DNA of 10,084 nucleotides from Candidatus Micrarchaeia archaeon (GCA_041500405.1 JBGQMB010000032.1:1-10084), one strand, 5' to 3'. Numbered from the stretch's first letter, positions 1-6,261 are shown. Numbers and translations: made by a program. Notes: a model not told the origin generated them from the sequence alone.

Positions 1-2
1 AT

Positions 3-542
3 AGCGAGAAGATGCTGCGCACAATGGAGGAATTCGAGGTTGCCTCAAAGCTTGACATCAGCAAGGTCAAGGACAACAGGGCAGAGCGCAAGAACGCGGT
101 CGCGTTCATGCTTTCGACAGGAAAACAAGGCATGCGCTGGACAGCGCCTTTTCTTGACATGCTCCTGTACTATCAGATTTACCACGACTGGAACCAGGTT
201 GGAACGCTTGCGAACGACGCAAAAGGAGCCGCTTATCTCAAGCCCTATATAGAGGAATGGGTGGCAAGGGGCTTCATACCGGAAGACTACAAGTTCACCT
301 ACCAGCCAGGCGCAAAGCCGGCAACAGACAACGTCAAGCGCTTTTTGAAGGCCCTCGAAGGCGGAATGGACGCGCTTGCAATCCACAACGCGGTTTTTGA
401 GTTTTCCAAGGCAAACAGCGTCGAGCCGAAAACAATATTCCGCGAGCTTTACGACGCGCTGCTCGGCAAGGAGCGCGGGCCAAGGCTCGGAAAGCTCATA
501 TGCGCGATAGGCATCGACAAAATCAAGCGTGACATGCCATGA
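3..542 (+). CDS. lysS: Class I lysyl-tRNA synthetase, C-terminal anticodon-binding region (5'-truncated by the window edge)
   Basis: The frame is open from position 3 (S-E-K-M-L-R...). The C-terminal FRELYDALLGKERGPRLGKLI matches the F..lY..LlG...GPRlG signature of class I LysRS. The stop overlaps the next start (ATGA, 539-542). Confidence 0.85.
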   Translation, partial: SEKMLRTMEEFEVASKLDISKVKDNRAERKNAVAFMLSTGKQGMRWTAPFLDMLLYYQIYHDWNQVGTLANDAKGAAYLKPYIEEWVARGFIPEDYKFTYQPGAKPATDNVKRFLKALEGGMDALAIHNAVFEFSKANSVEPKTIFRELYDALLGKERGPRLGKLICAIGIDKIKRDMP

Positions 543-1126
543 TAATATCGCTTGCGCAAGAATGGGACAAGGCGCTTGAGGAATGCGTAAATGCCATTAA
601 GGCAGGCAGGCTCATCGTCTATCCTACGGACACCGTTTATGGCCTGGGCGGAAACGCGCTGGACAAAGGCGTTGTTGAAAAGGTCTGCAAGGCAAAGAAC
701 AGGGGCAAGTCCGCGTCCTTTTCAGTGATGATACCAAACCTTGAGATGCTGCTGAAATATTTCGATGTTACTGACGCTGAAAGGGACCTGATGGTCAACA
801 GCCTGCCCGGCCCTTTCACGTTCATACTCAAGGCAAAAATCACCATGCCGGTGCAAAGCGAAAACAAGACTGTAGGGGTAAGGATACCGAACCACATCTT
901 CATGAGAAGGGTGTGCTTTGAGTCCGGAGTTCCAATAATAACGACGTCCGCGAACCTGCACGGAAATCCCGCGCCAACCAAGTTCTCGGATGTGCCAAAA
1001 GAGATAATCAACGCCGCGGAGGTTGCGGTTGACGGCGGGGAAACAATGCTCAAGGGGCCTTCAACAGTCGTCAACCTTAAGGAAAAAAGGATTGAAAGGA
1101 AAGGCGTTGCGGATTTCCAGTTCTGA
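539..1126 (+). CDS. tsaC: L-threonylcarbamoyladenylate synthase (TsaC/YrdC/Sua5 family, single-domain form, 195 aa)
   Basis: Motifs YPTDTVYGL, KxR (KNR), PGPFT, TVGVRIP, TTSAN and PSTVV are present. There is no C-terminal SUA5 domain. Confidence 0.93.
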   Translation: MIISLAQEWDKALEECVNAIKAGRLIVYPTDTVYGLGGNALDKGVVEKVCKAKNRGKSASFSVMIPNLEMLLKYFDVTDAERDLMVNSLPGPFTFILKAKITMPVQSENKTVGVRIPNHIFMRRVCFESGVPIITTSANLHGNPAPTKFSDVPKEIINAAEVAVDGGETMLKGPSTVVNLKEKRIERKGVADFQF

Positions 1127-2095
1127 CTATCTTATCAGCTTTGTCCCGCAGATGCTGTCTTCCTCAAGGTACATTGAAATGAACAGCTTGTAATATCCGA
1201 GGTACGGAATCTTGAATACAATCCTTCCCTTGGCCTGGTTCGGGCTGACAGGCGAATTGAACATGCCTATTGAGTCCAGATAGAACTGGATGTCAAACAC
1301 GTTGTTGTTGTCCCCTTTTGTAAGGATATAAGTCTCGTTTCCGGCATTTATCTTAACGACAGCCCTGTGCACTATGTCCCCGTAAAGCGAGAAAAGGTCT
1401 GTTTTCTTTGGCGCGTAAATGATGGTGTCGCTTGACCTGTCTGCCTGGACATTGACAGTCTGGTTCCTGTATGAAAGGGAAACGACGCACGGCTCTGCGG
1501 AAAGCACATCGGAGCTTGACGTGCTTGCCCTGTAGCACCTGCCGTAATTGAAAATAAACTCCCCCCTGCGCTCTGAAAACAGCGCCGGATTGCTGTAGAA
1601 AAGATTGCACGTTTCATTGTCATCAGCGTTCATACAATGGCTGTAAATGGAGCCGTTCACTTCCATCGTTTCATTTCCAAAATAAACAGTGGGGTTGCGG
1701 AACAAGGCCTGCGCGCCGGAATAGCTTGCAGCTATTTTATTTCCCGTGTAGCTTTGCTCGCCCTTGACTATTATCATGTCCCCCCTGCTCAGGTCAGGAA
1801 CCATGGAACAGGAGACAACCGCGCTTATGGGCGTCGGCGTTGAAAGCGCGAACTGCAGCGCAAACCAGGCAACAATCGCAACCACAACAGTGGCAGCAAT
1901 GTCCTTCAGCTCCGCCTTCCAGCCATTCTTCCTGATGCCCTCCGAAAGCTCGACCAAAACCATCAAAACAATGGCAACCGCGGTAAGGAACCCGAAGATT
2001 GCGCTCTTTGTGAGCAGATAAAGCAGAAGCAGGAAGGCGGCAAGGCCAACCTGAAAATAGGAGTTCTGCAGAAGCGCAACCAGTTTTTGATCCAT
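1127..2095 (-). CDS. Archaeal/ER-type signal peptidase I (S26, Ser-His) with extra N-terminal TM helices and a large insertion
   Basis: PISAVVSCSMVP (catalytic Ser box), RGDMIIVKG, DIVHR (His), TKGDNN and GRIVFKIPYLG are present. There are three N-terminal hydrophobic segments. The ATG is 1 nt after the rpoL stop, and the stop abuts the tsaC stop. Confidence 0.88.
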   Translation of the reverse strand: MDQKLVALLQNSYFQVGLAAFLLLLYLLTKSAIFGFLTAVAIVLMVLVELSEGIRKNGWKAELKDIAATVVVAIVAWFALQFALSTPTPISAVVSCSMVPDLSRGDMIIVKGEQSYTGNKIAASYSGAQALFRNPTVYFGNETMEVNGSIYSHCMNADDNETCNLFYSNPALFSERRGEFIFNYGRCYRASTSSSDVLSAEPCVVSLSYRNQTVNVQADRSSDTIIYAPKKTDLFSLYGDIVHRAVVKINAGNETYILTKGDNNNVFDIQFYLDSIGMFNSPVSPNQAKGRIVFKIPYLGYYKLFISMYLEEDSICGTKLIR

Positions 2096-2096
2096 C

Positions 2097-2372
2097 TTAT
2101 TCAGCTTTCTTCACAGCTTCCTTTAGAGAGCCTATATCTCTCCTTATGTCATCTATCGTGTCAAGAAGCGCGGTCATGGCCTTGTGGTCTCCAGTAGTCT
2201 TTACCACTACCTTCGGAAAGCTCGCAAGCGGATGCTCCCAAACGTATCCGGCGAATTCGATGTCATGCCTCTGGTTCAAATAGTGAACAAGCATCTCCGG
2301 GACTGTCGGGTCCTTCTTCTTTATGAGCAGCTCAACTTCGTTCTTTGTGTTGCTGACGATACTTATCTCCAT
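2097..2372 (-). CDS. rpoL: DNA-directed RNA polymerase subunit L (Rpo11)
   Basis: About 91 aa with an MEISIVSNTKNEVELLI start and the EFAGYVWEHPL motif (family pattern FAxYxxxHPL). The usual EDHT motif is diverged to KDPT. A GGTGG SD-like site at 2382-2378 favours ATG 2372 (or 2375) over GTG 2381. Confidence 0.85.
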   Translation of the reverse strand: MEISIVSNTKNEVELLIKKKDPTVPEMLVHYLNQRHDIEFAGYVWEHPLASFPKVVVKTTGDHKAMTALLDTIDDIRRDIGSLKEAVKKAE

Positions 2373-2401
2373 CATTTCCACCTTGCAAATGGGGGTGGCA
2401 T

Positions 2402-2422
2402 GGAAGTATTTATAAACATTTT
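2402..2422. promoter_or_regulatory. Palindromic TATA box (TTTATAAA, 2409-2416) between divergent rpoL and DUF373 genes
   Basis: TTTATAAA has purine-rich flanks on both strands (GGAAG on +, AAAATG on -) and lies 30 nt before GTG 2439. Confidence 0.65.
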
Positions 2423-2438
2423 AGGTCAAAATTGGCTT

Positions 2439-3692
2439 GTGAAGAAGCTAATCATCGTTATAGACATCGATGACGACCTCGGCAAGAAGGCCAAAATTGC
2501 CGGTCCGGTCATAGGCAGGGAGGAGAATCTCTCCGCCGCAATCAGCCTTGCCATAGCGGATCCGGAGGACCCGGACGCGAACGTGATATTCAAGGCAATC
2601 TCCGTCTATGACAGGATGAAGAAAGAGAACGAGGACGTTGAGATAGTCTCCCTTACCGGAGACCAGAAACTGGGAATAACGGCAACATCCAAGATATCCA
2701 GGCAGCTGGACAGGGTCCTTGCGGACATTCCGGCGACATCCTGCTTCCTTATAACAGACGGGGCAAGCGACGAGAGCGTTTTGCCTGTCATTCAGAGCAG
2801 GCTGAAGGTGGACGGCATCCACAATATCTACATCAAGCAGGCCAGGGAGCTTGAAAAGACCTATTTTGTCATCATTGAGAAGCTCAGGGACCCGACGTAC
2901 GCCAAGATACTGCTTGGGGGGCCGGCTATCATCCTTCTTGCGATATCGCTTATGTACCTCCTGTCCCTGCCATGGCAGCTGATGGGCCTTTTGCTTGGCG
3001 TCATCCTTTTGGTTTACGGCTTCGGGCTTAACCATTATGCGGAAAGGATAAAGCACGCAATTGAGATAAAGAAGAACCGTTCGCTAAACTACGCGGTGTG
3101 GATAATCCTGTTCATGCTCACTGCGATAGGCGCAATGACGGTAAGCGCTGCATTCACGCAGGCGCAGGGCCTTGGATACACGGGCATAGAGGTCTGGGCA
3201 TATGCCGCCGACGTCACATTGAACATCCTGCTGTTCATGGCGCTGATTCTCGCATTTGCGAAGTTCGTTGACTCGTATTTCAAGAAGAGCGGCATAAATC
3301 AGATTGCGGCAATCAGCATGACCGTAAGGGGGCTTACGCTTTTCCTTATAGCGAAGATTTGCGCGCAATGGATAATGAACAGCCCGTCCGGGCTGCTCAG
3401 CCTCCAGTACGTTTCATTCGGCACGTTCCTTGAGACGAGCCTTGCGATAGCGGTTGCGTCCTATATAATAGCAAAGTACCTTGACAACATAAAGGCGGAC
3501 CTGCTCATGACGTCCATAGAAGGCGGGGCAAACGTGATGTCGGAGGACGGGAGCATGATAGGCGCGAGCGTGGGAGTGGACCCCAAGGAGCAGACCATGA
3601 TAGTCAAGACCCAGCTCAACAGGATAACGAAGATACCGATAGACAAGGTCCTTTCGATTTCGCCGAACAACGACATAATAGTTGAGGAATGA
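2439..3692 (+). CDS. DUF373-family archaeal membrane protein (417 aa) with a C-terminal PRC-barrel-like extension
   Basis: GTG start gives MKKLIIVIDIDDDLGKKA..GPVIGREEN...DPEDPDAN, then LITDGASDESVLPVIQSR and IKQARELEKTY, which are typical DUF373 motifs. About 6 TM segments follow. The ORF-track start at 2184 overlaps rpoL and was rejected. Confidence 0.85.
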   Translation: MKKLIIVIDIDDDLGKKAKIAGPVIGREENLSAAISLAIADPEDPDANVIFKAISVYDRMKKENEDVEIVSLTGDQKLGITATSKISRQLDRVLADIPATSCFLITDGASDESVLPVIQSRLKVDGIHNIYIKQARELEKTYFVIIEKLRDPTYAKILLGGPAIILLAISLMYLLSLPWQLMGLLLGVILLVYGFGLNHYAERIKHAIEIKKNRSLNYAVWIILFMLTAIGAMTVSAAFTQAQGLGYTGIEVWAYAADVTLNILLFMALILAFAKFVDSYFKKSGINQIAAISMTVRGLTLFLIAKICAQWIMNSPSGLLSLQYVSFGTFLETSLAIAVASYIIAKYLDNIKADLLMTSIEGGANVMSEDGSMIGASVGVDPKEQTMIVKTQLNRITKIPIDKVLSISPNNDIIVEE

Positions 3693-3697
3693 CCCTT

Positions 3698-3744
3698 TGG
3701 GCTTTTTCAAAAAAAGCCCAGCTGAAACTTTTTCAAAAAGCTTC
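3698..3744. repeat. Two adjacent palindromes sharing a CTTTTTCAAAAA core (possible terminator, operator or REP/MITE-like remnant)
   Basis: TGGGCTTTTT-CAA-AAAAAGCCCA (3698-3720) is a perfect 10-bp stem. GAAACTTTTT-C-AAAAAGCTTC (3724-3744) has 9/10 pairs. The core repeats at 3702-3713 and 3728-3739. Confidence 0.7.
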
Positions 3745-3786
3745 TGGTTCAACGAAAAGAAAACTATGGATGGCGCTGTGGCGCTA

Positions 3787-3812
3787 TTTTTAAACAGTTG
3801 CTGACACAACAA
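3787..3812 (+). promoter_or_regulatory. TATA-containing promoter motif of ankyrin gene 1
   Basis: TTTTTAAACAGTTGCTGACACAACAA starts 30 nt before ATG 3817 and is 21/26 identical to 4393-4418. Confidence 0.7.
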
Positions 3813-3816
3813 AGCC

Positions 3817-4389
3817 ATGCAGGAAAGGAAGGGCTTGCTCAGGCGCACACTTGAGAAGATGCGCATAATAAAACGCATCAAGGAGCCTGCGCCAAGCGAA
3901 AAACCGCATATTTCCGAAGAAGAGCAGAAAAGGCTCAACAACGAACTGCTGGAAGCCGCAGAGAATGGCTACAACGAAGAAATAAGCCGGCTGCTCAAAA
4001 AAGGCGCAAACCTCGAGGCAAAGAACAGCGACGGCTGGACTGCGCTCATGCATGCCGCAGCGTACGGACACGCCCCAGCCTGCGCCTTATTGCTTGAAAA
4101 AGGCGCAAACATAGAGGCAAAGGACAAAGACGGCTGGACCGCGCTCATGTTTGCCGCATACTGCGGACGCACCCCAACCTGCGCTTTGCTGATTGAAAAA
4201 GGCGCAGATGTGAACGCGAAGATTGAAAAAGGAGATTATAAAGGCAAGACCGCGTCCTCAATCGCCGAAGCAAACGACAAAAGGGAAACGGCCGCATTCC
4301 TCAAGTCCATTAAAATATTGCAGGGCTGGATTGGCAATAACGGGATGCAGGATTTCCTTGCTGATTTTAGGGCATGCCTAGGAAAATAG
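3817..4389 (+). CDS. Ankyrin repeat protein (about 4 repeats, 190 aa) with a basic N-terminal leader
   Basis: GWTALMHAA..G....ALLLEKGANIEAKD 33-aa repeats. The protein ends FLADFRACLGK. Confidence 0.93.
   Translation: MQERKGLLRRTLEKMRIIKRIKEPAPSEKPHISEEEQKRLNNELLEAAENGYNEEISRLLKKGANLEAKNSDGWTALMHAAAYGHAPACALLLEKGANIEAKDKDGWTALMFAAYCGRTPTCALLIEKGADVNAKIEKGDYKGKTASSIAEANDKRETAAFLKSIKILQGWIGNNGMQDFLADFRACLGK
4000..4197 (+). repeat. Two tandem 99-bp ankyrin-coding repeats
   Basis: 4000-4098 and 4099-4197 are 80/99 nt identical by manual codon alignment. Confidence 0.85.
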
Positions 4390-4392
4390 CGT

Positions 4393-4418
4393 TTTTTAAA
4401 CCGTTCTTCACACAATAA
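4393..4418 (+). promoter_or_regulatory. TATA-containing promoter motif of ankyrin gene 2
   Basis: TTTTTAAACCGTTCTTCACACAATAA starts 31 nt before ATG 4424 and matches the motif before ankyrin gene 1. Confidence 0.7.
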
Positions 4419-4423
4419 CCCAT

Positions 4424-5041
4424 ATGGCGCAGCTAAAGGGAATGGCACCAAGGAATATGCCCAGCGCAAAGCTGTCCCACAAGCCAGAAGGCAACGTTCC
4501 AAAAAGGCCCACCGAGGAGTCGCAGACTGAGCTCAACCTCAGATTGCTGGGCGAGGTCCAGTACGAGCTCAAAAAGGTGAGCCCAAGCCATGGTGATTTA
4601 TTTGACTATATCACCGATCTTGCAATCGTCGACTTGAAGAACTTTGCCGCAATGGCGCGCATAAGGCTGCTGCTGAAAAAGGGCGCGGACGTCAATGCAA
4701 AAGACGGGAACCGCAGGACGCCGCTCATGCATGCGGCTCAGGGGGGCCATGATGCATTGTGCAGGCTGCTGATCAAGAAAGGCGCAGACATAGACGCAAG
4801 GGACGACGGCAACGAGACTGCGCTGATGAAGGCCGCGATGTGCGGCCACTCGAAAATCTGTGCCCTGCTGATAAGGAGCGGCGCAAGCATGGGCTTTGTG
4901 AACAGCCTCGGCAACAGCGCATTGAAGCTCGCAATGCTGAATAACCGTTCCAAGGTCGTGAAAGTGATGCTAAAGGCGGTTTTTGGGAATAAGATAGGCA
5001 GCGCATTGCTGTACAATTTGAAAAAATGCATCTCACTTTGA
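4424..5041 (+). CDS. Ankyrin repeat protein (205 aa) with an insertion in the first repeat
   Basis: Contains LLLKKGADVNAKD..RTPLMHAA.GGH...LLIKKGADIDARD..ETALMKAA..GH...LLIRSGA. The protein ends LLYNLKKCISL and overlaps the convergent downstream gene by 9 nt. Confidence 0.92.
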   Translation: MAQLKGMAPRNMPSAKLSHKPEGNVPKRPTEESQTELNLRLLGEVQYELKKVSPSHGDLFDYITDLAIVDLKNFAAMARIRLLLKKGADVNAKDGNRRTPLMHAAQGGHDALCRLLIKKGADIDARDDGNETALMKAAMCGHSKICALLIRSGASMGFVNSLGNSALKLAMLNNRSKVVKVMLKAVFGNKIGSALLYNLKKCISL

Positions 5042-5626
5042 CAGAATCATTTTTGCGAAAAAGAACCTCTGAATTGTGCCTATGAACGCGACAATCGCCA
5101 ATATCCAAAGCCCTGCGCTTATCGTGCTGTATCCGTAAACCATCGGATAGAATATCGCGGCCAACATCGCCAGCATCACTATTATTAGCCTTTCAGCCCT
5201 TTCTCCGATTGACGGCCAGTCCATGTTGCCGAGCGGCTTAATCATCTCCGCCCTTGCCTTTGCGTAGCTCACCATGAAGCTTGCAGAAACCGCAACAAAC
5301 GCCTCAACCGCGTAGCCTGAAAGCGCAAAGCCCAATAATATAAAGAACTCCTGCACCCTATCTGTTACGGCGTCAAAGTACGAGCCAAACGACGTCTTTT
5401 TGTTGTTTGCCTTGGCTATCGCGCCGTCAAGGTTGTCTACAACGGACGAAAGGATTACGAAAACAAGCGCAAGCGGATAGTCCTTTGCAAAAACAAGATA
5501 GCCGGCGATTGCGCAAAGAGGGTACGTGAGCGCGGTTACAAAATTTGGGTCAAGGAACGAAAGCGACCTCCCTATCGGGAAAAAAGCCTTCTCATTCAGC
5601 CAGTCCCTGAGCTTGCCTGATATCAT
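5033..5626 (-). CDS. CDP-alcohol phosphatidyltransferase (archaetidylinositol-phosphate synthase/PgsA-like)
   Basis: The signature DNLDGAIAK...FGSYFDAVTD (DxxDGxxA[R/K]...GxxxDxxxD) is present, with SYAKARAE, ERAERL and multiple TM segments. Confidence 0.92.
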   Translation of the reverse strand: MISGKLRDWLNEKAFFPIGRSLSFLDPNFVTALTYPLCAIAGYLVFAKDYPLALVFVILSSVVDNLDGAIAKANNKKTSFGSYFDAVTDRVQEFFILLGFALSGYAVEAFVAVSASFMVSYAKARAEMIKPLGNMDWPSIGERAERLIIVMLAMLAAIFYPMVYGYSTISAGLWILAIVAFIGTIQRFFFAKMILSK

Positions 5627-5641
5627 AGTTCTGGTGTTCTG

Positions 5642-5657
5642 GCAAAAGGTTTAAATT
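5642..5657. promoter_or_regulatory. BRE-TATA (GCAAAAGG-TTTAAA), probably bidirectional
   Basis: The TTTAAA palindrome at 5650-5655 lies exactly 29 nt from both divergent ATGs (5626 on -, 5679 on +). Confidence 0.7.
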
Positions 5658-5678
5658 GCATGGTGCCGACAGATAGGC

Positions 5679-6170
5679 ATGGAAACAAAACACGTCGGGT
5701 ATCTGCTGATAGTGGTAGCCTTGCTGATAGGGTTCATAACGTTCATATTCAACAGCGCGCTTACAGAGATAGTCAGCACATCCTGTTCGCACGGGCCCAC
5801 TTGCCCGATGTGGGGAACCATAGACGCGCAGACGATGGTTGCGCTCGGAATAACCGCATTCATACTCCTTGTCGGGGTTTATCTTGCCTTTTTCTTCAAG
5901 GCAGGCGCAGCCGTGCCCATGCAGAAGCCGACAAAGGAGCAGTTTGCAGGCGCCATGAAGCTGCTTTCGCAGGACGAGAGGGCGATAGTGGAGAAGCTTA
6001 TAGAGCACGAGGGCGCGATGTTCCAGTCTGATTTGGTTGATAAGACAGGCATGCAGAAGGTCAAGGTCACAAGGCTCTTGGACAGGCTTGAAGGGTTGAA
6101 GCTCATAGAGCGCAAGAGAAGGGGCATGACCAACGTTGTAATCCTAAAGGCGCCCCAGCACAAGGCCTGA
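5679..6170 (+). CDS. Membrane-anchored winged-HTH protein (2 TM + MarR-like/COG2512-like HTH), putative metal-responsive regulator
   Basis: TM segments at about aa 6-24 and 54-73 flank the loop CSHGPTCPM. The C-terminal LSQDERAIVEKL..HEG.MFQSDLVDKTGMQKVKVTRLLDRLEGLKLIERKRRGMTNVV fits a wHTH fold. Confidence 0.82.
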   Translation: METKHVGYLLIVVALLIGFITFIFNSALTEIVSTSCSHGPTCPMWGTIDAQTMVALGITAFILLVGVYLAFFFKAGAAVPMQKPTKEQFAGAMKLLSQDERAIVEKLIEHEGAMFQSDLVDKTGMQKVKVTRLLDRLEGLKLIERKRRGMTNVVILKAPQHKA

Positions 6171-6250
6171 AACCAGTTTGGCACAAATCCTTATATGCAG
6201 TTTCGCCTGTGAAACCAGTTTCATACAATATTTAATATGCCGTTTCAGCC
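6168..6250 (+). promoter_or_regulatory. Tandem 42-bp-period operator+TATA modules with a TGAAAC-N2-GTTTCA palindrome
   Basis: TGAAACCAGTTT occurs at 6168 and 6210, and the second copy is a perfect palindrome (6210-6223). Each is followed by ACAA, a TATA-like stretch, ATATGC and a GTTTC half-site. The units are 28/37 identical. Confidence 0.75.
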
Positions 6251-6261
6251 GCAAGCAAGGC

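Noticed and set aside
2184..2438. 85-codon N-terminal extension of the DUF373 ORF in the ORF track
   Set aside because: It overlaps rpoL antisense and the TATA box. The family-like sequence begins at GTG 2439.
3414..3941. 175-aa minus-strand ORF spanning the palindromic intergenic region
   Set aside because: It is antisense to two well-supported genes and has no recognisable motif.
4000..4197. Possible DGR template/variable repeat pair
   Set aside because: Mismatches are not confined to adenines of one copy, both copies are in-frame ankyrin repeats, and no reverse transcriptase is in the window.
4592..4615. GGTGAT...ATCACC inverted repeat inside the ankyrin-2 insertion
   Set aside because: A 6-bp stem with a weak extension is expected by chance in 10 kb, and there is no target duplication.
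6168..6250. Possible mini-CRISPR array
   Set aside because: Only two units, the 'spacers' resemble each other, the period is 42 bp, and there are no cas genes.
6178..6261. 28-codon extension of the MerTP-like ORF (TTG start)
   Set aside because: It runs through the operator/TATA repeats. ATG 6262 fits the 29-31 nt TATA spacing seen elsewhere in the window.
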